Of a stretch of 55,297 nt of DNA, positions 1-9,586 are shown in pieces. Numbering within the stretch: position 1 is the first letter of the stretch; each line of letters starts with the position of its first letter. Source of the DNA: Candidatus Micrarchaeota archaeon (lineage in GTDB: Archaea; Micrarchaeota; Micrarchaeia; Micrarchaeales; Micrarchaeaceae); the NCBI GenBank assembly GCA_027365735.1, contig DAHXLY010000032.1, positions 1-55,297 of the forward strand, given 5' to 3'. Position numbers and translations under genes: made by a program. Below the pieces are notes generated by a model that saw only the letters and a list, made by a program, of their open reading frames with translations, was not told the DNA's origin and made no database searches.

Positions 1-201
1 GCAGGCGTCGACAAACTGCTGTTTTTGACACAAAACAGGTTATTTTGGATTCCGAAAGTTGAATCCGAAACCGAAGAAACGCTGTCCAAATTATTGAATT
101 TTGATTATTCGACGTGTAGCGGTGGGATTTTCAGCAGCCACACCAAGGTATATGCAGAAGAGAGAATAAAAAGACATTTACGAAGTGTGTATATCAGTTA
201 G
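1..201 (+). CDS. hypothetical protein, C-terminal fragment (gene begins upstream of the window)
   Basis: Frame 1 is open from base 1 to TAG at 199-201 (...FDYSTCSGGIFSSHTKVYAEERIKRHLRSVYIS*). It is absent from the ORF track because it has no start codon in the window. No family recognised. Confidence 0.3.
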   Translation, partial: AGVDKLLFLTQNRLFWIPKVESETEETLSKLLNFDYSTCSGGIFSSHTKVYAEERIKRHLRSVYIS

Positions 202-698
202 GATATCTTTATCTTATCCCCAACCGACAGCGCCTGGTTGTTGGAGGTTTCGAGCACCATAGACCCAGCAGCGCATATGGAATTTGTCGAATATGGCTGA
301 GCCTGGGCGACGTATGTTATCGTGCCGTTCTGGGCAACCCACGCCTGAGTAAGCGGCAGCTCCGTGTTCTTCATCCAGAAGCACAGGTTATAACTGTTGT
401 TGAACACGAAAAGCATGCCTATGCACGGGTTTATCCCCTTGCAGTCTCCCAGACTCGACTGGTTCATGTAACCCTGTTGCTGCTGGCTCTGGGTCAGGGC
501 CAGGTAGGCGCCGTACTTGGTGGTAGTGTTCCCGTGCGTTATAAAAATGGTCGTTGCATTGAACGTAGAGTCCAATGGCAACATGACCTTGGGTTGTTGG
601 TTTTCGTATGCGAATATCATAACCAGCGCAAAAAACAGTATAACAACCGACACCGCAATGAAGGATGCCTTGATGTCTATACTTTTCTTGCCAGCCAC
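198..698 (-). CDS. DUF192 (COG1430) family protein with N-terminal membrane anchor
   Basis: 166-aa ORF with a hydrophobic N-terminus (FIAVSVVILFFALVMIFA). The stretch CIGMLFVF...CFWMKNTELPL matches the GMLF / FWMKNT..PL signature of DUF192. Confidence 0.7.
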   Translation of the reverse strand: MAGKKSIDIKASFIAVSVVILFFALVMIFAYENQQPKVMLPLDSTFNATTIFITHGNTTTKYGAYLALTQSQQQQGYMNQSSLGDCKGINPCIGMLFVFNNSYNLCFWMKNTELPLTQAWVAQNGTITYVAQAQPYSTNSICAAGSMVLETSNNQALSVGDKIKIS

Positions 699-788
699 GG
701 AAACACCGAATCAGCGACTCTCTTATTCATCACAAATCAGAAATACCTCGTGAGTCATCACACTGATGATTTGGCGGGAAGGTTTAAA

Positions 789-1655
789 TTACGCAATGAG
801 GAAGTACGCGGCTATCAACATCACGGCGGAGAGCAGTAGCTTCCTTCTTATATGGCTCTCTCCGAAGAACACGCCTCCGGACAGGACGTTAAGCAATACT
901 GCCATTGTGCTGTTGAGCGGTATTACAAGGCTTATTGGAGCGGACGGCACCGCATTGTACAGTAGCAGCCTGTAGACGGTAACCAGGAACGCCATCGCTG
1001 CAAGCGGGGCCAGGAGTTTCTTCACCTCATTGAACTCGTTGAACTTGTTGGTTGCCCTTTCCCTGCCGACCGCCCACAGGATTATCGCCGTCATTATGCT
1101 CGTGACTGTGATGAATGCGTAGATGTTGACGTTGTCAAGCGCGTACTTGAGGATTGCGCTGTTTATCCCGACCACCAGTGCGACGAGTATCACGACCCTG
1201 TTGTAGTGCCCCACAAACTTTGTGTCCCTGTGCCTGTTGCTGAGCGTCAGGATTATGAATGCGGTCAATACGATTATTGCGATCAATCCGTATCTAGATG
1301 CGCTAAGCGTTTCCCCCAGGAATATGAAGGCGAGCACCACGGTGACAACCGTAGGAAGGATGTTGTAGAGCGGCGCTCCGGAAGAGATGCTGCCGTGCCT
1401 GAAGAGGCGCGCGGCCATCCAGTAAGCGAGCGCGAGGGTGACGCTGTAGATGAAGAGCACTCCCCACTGATAGAGCGTGAGGCTGAAGTTTGCGAAAGGG
1501 ATAAAAACCAAGGACAGGATTGCCAGCATGAGCGCATAGGACGCGCTGAAAGCGAGCGCATGTTCTGTCTTAAGCAGTAATTTCTCTATTACTAGCGCAA
1601 AGGCATTAAAAACAGCACCAATTATTACAAAATAATACCAGGTAAGCATCGTCAA
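789..1655 (-). CDS. EamA/DMT-superfamily membrane transporter
   Basis: 288 aa, about ten hydrophobic helices in two similar halves, which is typical EamA architecture. Called from pattern only. Confidence 0.6.
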   Translation of the reverse strand: MTMLTWYYFVIIGAVFNAFALVIEKLLLKTEHALAFSASYALMLAILSLVFIPFANFSLTLYQWGVLFIYSVTLALAYWMAARLFRHGSISSGAPLYNILPTVVTVVLAFIFLGETLSASRYGLIAIIVLTAFIILTLSNRHRDTKFVGHYNRVVILVALVVGINSAILKYALDNVNIYAFITVTSIMTAIILWAVGRERATNKFNEFNEVKKLLAPLAAMAFLVTVYRLLLYNAVPSAPISLVIPLNSTMAVLLNVLSGGVFFGESHIRRKLLLSAVMLIAAYFLIA

Positions 1656-1877
1656 TTACTGGTTAGAAAGGTTAATATATGATGCGACTGCCATGTGCCA
1701 AGCGATGTGTCAAATGACCTAGTGGAGCAATTCCAAACTCGGCTGCACAAAAGATTATGGTCTACCTTTAAGATAAATTGCCTGAATTTAACGAGGAGGG
1801 GGTGCTGTATGATGAAATAGGGGGCTACAACAAATCGTGCACAATGGGGAAATAGTAAAGCTTATAGAAGGGAGATA

Positions 1878-3287
1878 ATGAATAGCATATCAAAATCACT
1901 CGAAACTAGTGAGACGATGCCACGTCCGGAGGAAATTAAAAAGTTAAACGAAGAGGAACCGACGAGTGGTCTGAGAGACCTGAAGGGCACCAATGTCTAT
2001 ATGCCACAGGAGCAGCTTATCAGGGAGAGAATAACAGACACGCTTAAAAGAATCTTTAAGCTTTATGGATACAAACCAATAGAAACTCCTATCCTGGAGT
2101 TTTATGATATAGCGGCAAGCAAATATGCCGGCGGTTCTGAGATACTAAAGGAAACTTACAAGCTAAGTGATCAGGGAGCTCGTGACTTATGCCTCAGGTA
2201 TGAGCTAACATTTAAGCTAGGTAAGGTTATCGGCATGAATCCTGACATGCGGCTGCCATTCAAAAGATATGAAATAGGAAAGGTGTTTCGAGATGGCCCG
2301 GTAAAGTTAGCCAGGCTGAGGGAATTTACACAGTGTGACATCGACGTTGTTGGAATAAAGAGCATGATCGCAGATGCAGAGCTGATGGCAATAGTCTTCA
2401 ACGTATTTGCGGAATTGGGATTAGACATCTACGTTCAGGTCAATAACAGGAAGATACTTTTCGGCCTGTTTGAATTCTGTGGTGTCCCAGAGAATCTCAA
2501 GCAAGACTGTGCACTTTCCTTAGATAAGCTAGTGAAAGTTGGGGAGCAGTCGGTCAGGAGGGAACTTGGAGAAAAGGGTGTCAGCGAGGAGACCGCCAAT
2601 AAGATATTTGAAATCTTGAAAGAGGCGGAGGCAGGGAAATCAAACAGAGAGAAGCTTGCGTACCTTGAAGGAAAATTGACAAACTCGCTCAGTACTGAGG
2701 GCATAACCGAGATGAAGCAGCTCTTTTCTTATATAGAAGGCTTCAGCATAAATGGTGATGTTAGATACATACCTACCTTGGCGCGTGGACTAGGGTACTA
2801 TACTGGGTCTATGTGGGAAGGCTTTGTTAAAAACAGCGCGATAACTAGTACAATATGCGGTGGAGGCAGGTGGGATAAAATGATAGGAGAGTTTCTTGGT
2901 TCTGGAAAGGAATATCCGGCGACCGGAATAACATTCGGACTTGATGTAATATCCATCGCACTAACACTTCAGAAGGAAAAGAACACAAAGTTCATAAATA
3001 ACGTAATACCTTCAGTATTAATAATTCCGATAAATACCGTGGATCAGTGTCCGCCCATCGCAGCAAGAATGCGAAGTAGTGGCATAAGCTGTGATATCTC
3101 TATCGATCGAAAGCTTAGCAAAGCACTTGAATTTGCTGGAAAAGAGAGGATCCCATTTGTTGCGATAGTCGGGAAGGCTGAACTTGAAAATGGTAGCGTA
3201 ACCCTGCACAATATGCAAACGGGTGAAGAGAAACAGGTGAAACTTGAGGAGGCTGCCAAACACCTTTCGGAACACCTCTGTATCTAA
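1878..3287 (+). CDS. hisS: histidyl-tRNA synthetase
   Basis: Class II aaRS/HisRS blocks: LRYELTFKLGKV, PFKRYEIGKVFRDGPVKLARLREFTQCDIDVVG and ARGLGYYTG, plus a C-terminal anticodon-binding region (IPFVAIVGKAELENGSVTLHNMQTGE). Alternative start M14 at 1917. Confidence 0.92.
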   Translation: MNSISKSLETSETMPRPEEIKKLNEEEPTSGLRDLKGTNVYMPQEQLIRERITDTLKRIFKLYGYKPIETPILEFYDIAASKYAGGSEILKETYKLSDQGARDLCLRYELTFKLGKVIGMNPDMRLPFKRYEIGKVFRDGPVKLARLREFTQCDIDVVGIKSMIADAELMAIVFNVFAELGLDIYVQVNNRKILFGLFEFCGVPENLKQDCALSLDKLVKVGEQSVRRELGEKGVSEETANKIFEILKEAEAGKSNREKLAYLEGKLTNSLSTEGITEMKQLFSYIEGFSINGDVRYIPTLARGLGYYTGSMWEGFVKNSAITSTICGGGRWDKMIGEFLGSGKEYPATGITFGLDVISIALTLQKEKNTKFINNVIPSVLIIPINTVDQCPPIAARMRSSGISCDISIDRKLSKALEFAGKERIPFVAIVGKAELENGSVTLHNMQTGEEKQVKLEEAAKHLSEHLCI

Positions 3288-3819
3288 GTGGGATGTGTGA
3301 ATGTTTTCTTCCCAAAAAAGTTGAATGAGGGAAACATAATTCGGTTTATAGCTCCATCTTCGAACCTTACCGATGAATCATTCTTATGCATAAAAAACTG
3401 CTGAGAAACGGTCATCTGAAATAGGTCTTGAATTTACCTACGGCAGATATAATCACAAAAAACATTACTTTGGATATGCAACGCTGGAGCATAGGTTTTA
3501 GGATTCCCATGATGCTTTTTCTGATAAAGAGGTAGGTATGGCGTTAACGGAAATAGGTGGCTGGAACTCAAATGAGCTATTATCCGAAATGGATTTTGAA
3601 CTCGTCAAGAAGAATCCTAAGATACTTTGCGGTTATTCTGATATTACGGCCATAGAAAATGCAATATTTGCAAAAACCTGTCTTATTACATACTCAGGAC
3701 CGCACTTTTTTGACTTTGGCATGACAAGAGATTACAAATATATGAAAGAGTATTTTGTGAAATGTTTGCACAATAATAGTAGGTCCAAAGTCAGCCGTGC
3801 CGCTATTACACCACTATAG
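3288..3819 (+). pseudogene. decayed LD-carboxypeptidase (peptidase S66, MccF/LdcA-like) remnant
   Basis: Three frames together spell S66-like blocks: NIIRFIAPSS (3330s), EIGLEFTYGRY..., an in-frame TAG, then DSHDAFSDKEV...GGWNSNELL...NPKILCGYSDITAIENAI...ITYSGPHF. There is at least one frameshift near 3400 and one internal stop. The C-terminal half of the family, which carries the catalytic His/Glu region, is missing; the reading frame ends at 3819, overlapping the 3' end (3817) of tRNA-Gln. Confidence 0.6.
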
Positions 3820-3890
3820 CCCCTACCGGATTCGAACCGATGTTCGCGGGTCCAAAGCCCGCTGTCCTTGGCCAGCTAGACGAAGGGGCT
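3817..3890 (-). tRNA. tRNA-Gln: tRNA-Gln (anticodon TTG)
   Basis: The reverse complement AGCCCCTTCGTCTAGCTGGCCAAGGACAGCGGGCTTTGGACCCGCGAACATCGGTTCGAATCCGGTAGGGGCTA folds as a cloverleaf. Acceptor AGCCCCT/AGGGGCT, anticodon arm GCGGG-CTTTGGA-CCCGC, T-loop GGTTCGAATCC. Confidence 0.9.
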
Positions 3891-3965
3891 GCCAGCTTTA
3901 GTTGACTGGAAAAGCTTATTATTTGTTGCTTCTTTAGATAGATAGCTTTTGCGATTGGTAATAAC

Positions 3966-4610
3966 GTGAGGAGTGCGGATGCGATTACGCTTGTCAGAAC
4001 ACTGATGGCGGTCCCTGCTGCGTATATGGTACTCGCCAAGTTCAGCCCGGTCTGGATTACCGTCCTGATAGCGGCGATAATGGCGCTCGACATGTTCGAC
4101 GGTTACGCCGGACTTCGCGAAGCGAGCGGGGGTTCGCTCGGCTTCTTCGAATATATTTCCGCTGTTCTTGGGGACAGGAAGGCGAAGGACCACGTCTCCA
4201 AGTACAAGAAGTTCATGGTGATGTCCGCCGCATACGGCGCGAGGATCGACATAGCGGGCGATAGGGCTGTCGAGTACATATTCTGGATCGTCTACACGGT
4301 CGTCGGGCTCGTGCCGTTGTGGGTCACTTTCCTGATAGTTCTCAGGCATTCGTTCGTTGATGCGCTGATGGGGGCGAAGGGCACCTCGTCAGAGATGAAG
4401 AGCAGGTTTGCGAGGGCGGTTTATGCATCTCCCGCAGGGCGCGCGGTCACGCCGGTGCTGAAGTTCGTTACCTTCTCGTATCTCTCGTTCGTTTATGTGC
4501 TCGGGTATCCGCTCATCTACGGCCAGGCGCTGGTAGGGCTGCTCGTATTCTTCATAATGCTGAGGGGCTACGCTGAGTTCCTTGAATTCAAAGCGGGCAC
4601 GCGCGGCTGA
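3966..4610 (+). CDS. CDP-alcohol phosphatidyltransferase family membrane protein (atypical motif spacing)
   Basis: GTG start, multi-pass membrane protein. It carries LDMFDGYAG and, about 45 residues later, GARIDIAGDRAVE (G-x3-D-x3-D), i.e. the two halves of the D-G-x2-A-R...G-x3-D-x3-D signature. Substrate is not inferable. Confidence 0.55.
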   Translation: MRSADAITLVRTLMAVPAAYMVLAKFSPVWITVLIAAIMALDMFDGYAGLREASGGSLGFFEYISAVLGDRKAKDHVSKYKKFMVMSAAYGARIDIAGDRAVEYIFWIVYTVVGLVPLWVTFLIVLRHSFVDALMGAKGTSSEMKSRFARAVYASPAGRAVTPVLKFVTFSYLSFVYVLGYPLIYGQALVGLLVFFIMLRGYAEFLEFKAGTRG

Positions 4611-5351
4611 TCAGCCGTGTATCTGTGCCCCGTGTTGGGCTGACGCTTCCTCATCCTCCCTCTTTTTCTTCTCGGCGAGGAACCGGTCCTTCTCCTCTTT
4701 GGGTGCCATCTCCATTAAGAGGTCGGTGAGCGCGGTCCTGTTCTCGGGGAATCGTTCCATCAGTATGTGGACCGCCTTGTACGGCATGTCCGCCTGCAGA
4801 GCCTCGTGGAATCCCAATATCCCATACCACGTGTACTTCACATCCTCCGTAGCTGCGGGGTTCTTGCTCAGCAGGTTCTTCCTCATCGCGCCAGCCATCC
4901 AGCGGATCGCATCGTAAAGCTTCCTCTGTTCGATCGTGAGCGCCTCTTCGCCCTCCTTCTTTGAGTCCTGCCTGAGCTTCAGTAGCACCAGAGCAGTGAA
5001 CTCCACCTCCGTCATGGACTTGACATGCTTGATCCGCCTACCGCCAAGTTCTTGGTCCGCTATGTCCAGGACCTTCTTCTCAAGGACCGGATCGATGGAA
5101 AACATCTTCGATATGCTCACGGCCAATTTTGCAGGCTTGCCCCTAAGCTTGTATGTCGGCTTCTGGTCCTCGTCCCTCCTCTGCATATCCGAGAGCCTGC
5201 TCTGTTCAGCCTTGCTGTTTTCGCCCTTTTGACCGGTGGGATATCCCTCCACCATCAATGTCATGAACCCCGATTTGCCGTCGTGGGAAGCGCCCACGTT
5301 CTCATCCAGCGATTTTGATGCTGTCATTTTATGCTGCCTATTTTTACCCAT
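4611..5351 (-). CDS. hypothetical protein (charged, helical)
   Basis: 246-aa ORF with reasonable coding composition. The overlapping plus-strand ORFs are Ser/Leu/Phe-rich antisense artefacts. No recognised motif. Confidence 0.6.
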   Translation of the reverse strand: MGKNRQHKMTASKSLDENVGASHDGKSGFMTLMVEGYPTGQKGENSKAEQSRLSDMQRRDEDQKPTYKLRGKPAKLAVSISKMFSIDPVLEKKVLDIADQELGGRRIKHVKSMTEVEFTALVLLKLRQDSKKEGEEALTIEQRKLYDAIRWMAGAMRKNLLSKNPAATEDVKYTWYGILGFHEALQADMPYKAVHILMERFPENRTALTDLLMEMAPKEEKDRFLAEKKKREDEEASAQHGAQIHG

Positions 5352-5467
5352 AGATTTACCTTTTATTTAGATATATAATGCTTTTTGTGGAAGTTTGGGT
5401 AGTGAAAATGCGCATATTTATATAGCTGAAGGGCGCAATCAGGTGTGAAACAATCCAAAGTGAGCAT

Positions 5468-5884
5468 ATGATAACAGGATTTACCATAAGCACGGTAGAA
5501 GGAAAAATTGAGTCGGTGGACTCGCTGACGCAGCAGAGGTTCCCGAAGCTCAACATCAGCCTTGACAATGTCTCGGCGGAGGGCACGAAGATGAAGATCG
5601 CTTACACCTTTATAGCGGAATATATGGACGGCGATGCGAAGGACTCGAAGAAGGTCGGCAACCTGAAGCTTGGCGGAGTGGTCGAGCTGACGGAGAGCAA
5701 GGAAAACATAGCCAGCATCCAGAAGCGCTGGTCCGAGAAGAGGACGCTTCCGGTCGACGTGGCGGAGGAGATAATCAATGGCCTGAACTTCAGGTGCAGC
5801 GCGACGGGCACACTTGTGGCCTATGCGCTCGGTTTGATACCCCCGCTGGTAATCAGCACGACCAAGATAACGGAGCAGAAGTAG
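5468..5884 (+). CDS. hypothetical protein
   Basis: 138-aa ORF downstream of TATA-like CATATTTATATAG (about 5420). The C-terminal ...GTLVAYALGLIPPLVI faintly recalls SecB-like chaperones, but this is not a supported call. Confidence 0.55.
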   Translation: MITGFTISTVEGKIESVDSLTQQRFPKLNISLDNVSAEGTKMKIAYTFIAEYMDGDAKDSKKVGNLKLGGVVELTESKENIASIQKRWSEKRTLPVDVAEEIINGLNFRCSATGTLVAYALGLIPPLVISTTKITEQK

Positions 5885-5935
5885 ATTCGCTTCCTTTTAT
5901 TTTTCTTTCTCATTTCTTTTCCCGCGACAGAAGGA

Positions 5936-5943
5936 ATTTAAAC
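5936..5943 (+). promoter_or_regulatory. TATA box for polB (leaderless geometry)
   Basis: ATTTAAAC is centred about 25 nt upstream of the ATG at 5965 and is preceded by the T-rich tail of the upstream gene. It matches the TTTAAATA-type element seen upstream of many genes in this window. Confidence 0.5.
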
Positions 5944-5964
5944 GGGAAAACCAATAACCATTAG

Positions 5965-8463
5965 ATGAGGTCTACTTCTGCAAATGAGGGTCCGGCCATC
6001 ATGGAAAAGAATCACCAGCTCGAGATAATCGGTTCGATACTTGAGGTAGATTACCTTATCCTCAACGATAGAGCCACTATTAGGCTGACCATCAAGGGTT
6101 CCGACGGCAGGGCGTATGAGGTCTTCGACAGGAAGTTCGAGCCGTACTTTTACTTCGTACCCCGCAGGGAGATGAGCGAAGAGGAGATGAAAGGCGTCTC
6201 AGCCATGGACGAGCGTGGAAGGACAGTAAGGGCAGAGCGAATAGTCAAAATGACTCGCGAAATATACGGAAAACCCACCGAGCTGTACAGGATTTACACG
6301 CACAGCACGCCTGACGTTCCGAAGCTGAGTGCGGCCATGATGAGGCATGGGGCCTGTTATGAGTACGACATCCCTTTTGCGAAGAGGTACATGCTTGATA
6401 ATCCGTTCTTCCCGCTCACGCCGTACAAGATAACAATCAACATTGGAGACGGGAGCCATCCGCTCTCGCTCGATTCGGTAAAGCCGCCTGACAAGCAGAC
6501 AGAGATACAGATGAACCTCATTTGCTTCGACATAGAGGTGTATAACCCGAACACCGCTCCCCGCGCCGATAGGGATCCGGTTGTGATGATCAGCTACCTC
6601 TGCTTGGCGGACGGGAAAAGGGAAAGTGGAGTCCTGACCACCAAGCCGATAAACAGGCCGTTCGTGGAGGTGTGCAAGACGGAGAAGGACATGATAAAAC
6701 GCTTCATGAACATCGTAAGCGAGAAGAACATCGACATAGTGGCTGGGTACAACTCGGCAAACTTCGATATTAGGTATATGCTCGAACGCGCACGCGCGCT
6801 AAAGATGGACTTCAACCTCAACAGGTTTGAGGGAGACACCAAAATCGAGAGGCACGGCCTTGTTGACAAGGTTAAGATTGCTGGACGCGTGCATGTGGAT
6901 GTTTATCTTGTTACACGATTTGCTGCGCTTGTTAGTGCGGCGGAGCACATAATGAGGCTTAACAGCTATACGTTGAAGAATGTCTATGAGGCGATCAGCA
7001 AGGAGAAGAAGATCGTTGTGGAAAAAGCGGACATATGGAAGATATGGGACGGTAGCGACGCCGACAGGGAGCTTCTGGCCGAGTACAACCTCAACGACTC
7101 GGAGGCACTCTTGGCGGTCTACAACGCCTTCGTGCCGATTATGTTGGAGCTAACCAAGACGACCGGCAATCCGCTGAGCGACGTTGCCGTTTCCACGACG
7201 GGGCAGCTCGTGGAGTTCTCATTGATGAGGTACGCCTACCAATTCAATGAGATAATCCCGAACAAACCGGACGACACCGAGACGCGGAGGAGGGAATACA
7301 ACCCGATAGAGGGAGCCTACGTGAAGACCCCAGACCCCGGCATCTATGACGGGATTGTGGTGTTTGACTTCAGGGGCCTGTACCCGTCCATAATTATATC
7401 ACACAACATCGACCCGTCATCCCTATGCAAAGAGGATTGCACCGATTACTTTGAATCTCCGACAGGGGCGAAGTTCATCAAGAAACGAAAGAGCGTAATG
7501 CCCACCGTGCTGAAGATATACGGCGACGAGCGGGTCAAGGTGAAGAAACTCTACAAAGCCAATCCGACCAACGTAGAGTACGCTGCAAAGTCGCAGGCGT
7601 TGAAGATCATCGCCAACTCGCTGTACGGATATCTCGGTTATGCCAGGTCGAGGTACTATTCCAGGGAATGCGCGGAGAGCGTTACCGCTTATGGGAGACA
7701 GTATATCAAGAACCTCATGTCAGATGCAGAGTCGAGGGGACTTCGTGTTCTCTACGGGGATACCGATTCTGTGATGATCCTGATGAATGACAAGACCAAG
7801 GACTACATGAACACCTTCCTGAAGGAAATCAACAAGGCTCTCCCGGAAACGATGGAACTTGAACTGGAGGATTTCTACACCCGCGGCGTGTTCGTCGGAA
7901 AGAAAAATGCGAGCGGGGGCATATCGGGAGTGAAGAAAAAGTACGCGCTTATCGCGGAGAACGGCAGGATAAAGATAAGAGGATTCGAGCTCGTCAGGAG
8001 AGACTGGTCAAAGATTGCGCGCGACACCCAGCGCGCCGTGCTCGAGGCGATACTAAAAGAGGGGAGCAAAGAGAAGGCGGTAGAGGTTGTGAAGGGGGCC
8101 GTAATGCGGCTAAAGGAGGGCGCAATGCCGCTCAAGGAGCTGGCGATCAGCACGCAGATCAGGAAGAGCATCGATTCATACGATAACAAATCACCGGAGG
8201 TGGCGGCAGCGAAGAAGGCCGTTCAGAGGGGCCAGAAGACGAAGGACCAGGTTGAAGCGCCTGCAGTGGTAAGTTATATAATCACAAAGCACGGGAACCT
8301 AATATCAGACAAGGCCGAGCTCGAGGAGTTTGCGGTGGATTACGATCCGGACTACTACGTGAGTCATCAGGTCGTCCCGGCGGCGATGAGAATCCTGAAG
8401 GAGCTCGATGTAGATGAGGGGGAGCTCGAAGGAAAAGGGAAGCAAAGAAAACTTGGCGGTTGA
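5965..8463 (+). CDS. polB: family B DNA polymerase
   Basis: Exo I FDIEV, Exo II YNSANFDIRYM, Exo III YNLNDSEAL, motif A DFRGLYPSIIISHNI, motif B KIIANSLYGYLG, motif C YGDTDSV. Confidence 0.95.
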   Translation: MRSTSANEGPAIMEKNHQLEIIGSILEVDYLILNDRATIRLTIKGSDGRAYEVFDRKFEPYFYFVPRREMSEEEMKGVSAMDERGRTVRAERIVKMTREIYGKPTELYRIYTHSTPDVPKLSAAMMRHGACYEYDIPFAKRYMLDNPFFPLTPYKITINIGDGSHPLSLDSVKPPDKQTEIQMNLICFDIEVYNPNTAPRADRDPVVMISYLCLADGKRESGVLTTKPINRPFVEVCKTEKDMIKRFMNIVSEKNIDIVAGYNSANFDIRYMLERARALKMDFNLNRFEGDTKIERHGLVDKVKIAGRVHVDVYLVTRFAALVSAAEHIMRLNSYTLKNVYEAISKEKKIVVEKADIWKIWDGSDADRELLAEYNLNDSEALLAVYNAFVPIMLELTKTTGNPLSDVAVSTTGQLVEFSLMRYAYQFNEIIPNKPDDTETRRREYNPIEGAYVKTPDPGIYDGIVVFDFRGLYPSIIISHNIDPSSLCKEDCTDYFESPTGAKFIKKRKSVMPTVLKIYGDERVKVKKLYKANPTNVEYAAKSQALKIIANSLYGYLGYARSRYYSRECAESVTAYGRQYIKNLMSDAESRGLRVLYGDTDSVMILMNDKTKDYMNTFLKEINKALPETMELELEDFYTRGVFVGKKNASGGISGVKKKYALIAENGRIKIRGFELVRRDWSKIARDTQRAVLEAILKEGSKEKAVEVVKGAVMRLKEGAMPLKELAISTQIRKSIDSYDNKSPEVAAAKKAVQRGQKTKDQVEAPAVVSYIITKHGNLISDKAELEEFAVDYDPDYYVSHQVVPAAMRILKELDVDEGELEGKGKQRKLGG

Positions 8464-9369
8464 ATGGAGAGAGATGAAAAAGAAATGAAGCTTATAGCGG
8501 AGGTCGGAGCAGCATCGTATAAGGCGCTGATTAAGGCAAAGTCAATGGTCAAACCTGGAGCGAAGCTCCTAGACGTGGCAGAGGCGACCGAAAAATATCT
8601 GCGTGAGAGCGGATTCGGGTGCGCCTTCCCGCTTAACCTATCGGTGAACAGCGAGGCGGCGCACTATACCCCGTCCATGATGGACGATAAGGTGTTCGGC
8701 GAGAAGGACATAGTAAAGGTCGACATAGGAGCATCGAAGGACGGTATACTCGGAGACAACGCGCTCACTGTGGACCTGTCGCAGCAGAACGGCAAGCTTG
8801 TGGAGGCATCGCAGGAGTGCCTGAGAAATGCGATAAGCAGGGTTAAGGCCGGAGTAATGGTCTCTGATATAGGAAGGGAGATAGAAAACACCGCGCGCAG
8901 ACACGGATTCAAGCCGATAATGAACCTCGGCGGGCACGAAGTAAAGACCCACGAGCTCCATGCAGGAATATTCGTGCCGAACTACGACAACCATGATGAC
9001 ACGCAGCTCGAAGAAGGGATGGTTGTGGCAATCGAGCCGTTCGTCACCGATGGAAAAAGGGGAGAAGTGCTTGAGAGCGACGTGTGCGAGATATTCGGAT
9101 ATGTCGGCAGCGCGCCGATCAGGGCCCCAGAGGCCAGGAAGGTTCTTGCTGAGATAGAGAGCAACAATGAGGACGAGCCGTTCGCAGTAAGATGGTTGAC
9201 CCATACAGTTGGATCAAAGTTCGCGCTCTACAAGTCCATCAAGGAGCTCGCGATGGCAGGAATGCTTACTGCCTATCCGATGCTGGTTGAGGCGAGCAAT
9301 GGAATGGTATCACAATCGGAGGTGGAGGTGATGGTTACGAAAGATGGATGTGAGGTCTTAACAAAGTAA
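8464..9369 (+). CDS. map: methionine aminopeptidase, type 2 (archaeal)
   Basis: The start abuts the polB stop (TGAATG). MetAP blocks: EAAHYTP, DIVKVDIGASKDG, NLGGHEV, VVAIEPF, SQSEVEVMV. Confidence 0.9.
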   Translation: MERDEKEMKLIAEVGAASYKALIKAKSMVKPGAKLLDVAEATEKYLRESGFGCAFPLNLSVNSEAAHYTPSMMDDKVFGEKDIVKVDIGASKDGILGDNALTVDLSQQNGKLVEASQECLRNAISRVKAGVMVSDIGREIENTARRHGFKPIMNLGGHEVKTHELHAGIFVPNYDNHDDTQLEEGMVVAIEPFVTDGKRGEVLESDVCEIFGYVGSAPIRAPEARKVLAEIESNNEDEPFAVRWLTHTVGSKFALYKSIKELAMAGMLTAYPMLVEASNGMVSQSEVEVMVTKDGCEVLTK

Positions 9370-9409
9370 TGCATAAATATCTAAAGAAAATAAGTGGTTT
9401 TGTGAGCTT

Positions 9410-9586
9410 ATGGCTGGTACAACACTACTAAAAATTAACGGAGGAGCGTTAGCATCCGTGACAGGATATGGCTCAGCTGTGGATTTGCTTAGGGGCAGTA
9501 CTGCGGGAGCCATAGCGTTCGGAGCTATTTCTGGTGCGGCCCTCTTCTGCATGTATATGATGATAAGAGAAGAAAATGGCGCTTAG
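9410..9586 (+). CDS. small Gly/Ala-rich putative membrane protein (58 aa), not in ORF track
   Basis: ATG at 9410, TAG at 9584-9586: MAGTTLLKINGGALASVTGYGSAVDLLRGSTAGAIAFGAISGAALFCMYMMIREENGA. Preceded by ATAAATAT at 9373-9380. The listed antisense ORF 9358..9552 looks less protein-like. Confidence 0.35.
   Translation: MAGTTLLKINGGALASVTGYGSAVDLLRGSTAGAIAFGAISGAALFCMYMMIREENGA

Noticed and set aside
9358-9552. A listed 64-aa minus-strand ORF between map and nrdJ.
   Set aside because: It overlaps the map stop and has Ala/Pro-rich antisense-like composition. The plus-strand 58-codon ORF with an upstream TATA box is the better, though still uncertain, reading.
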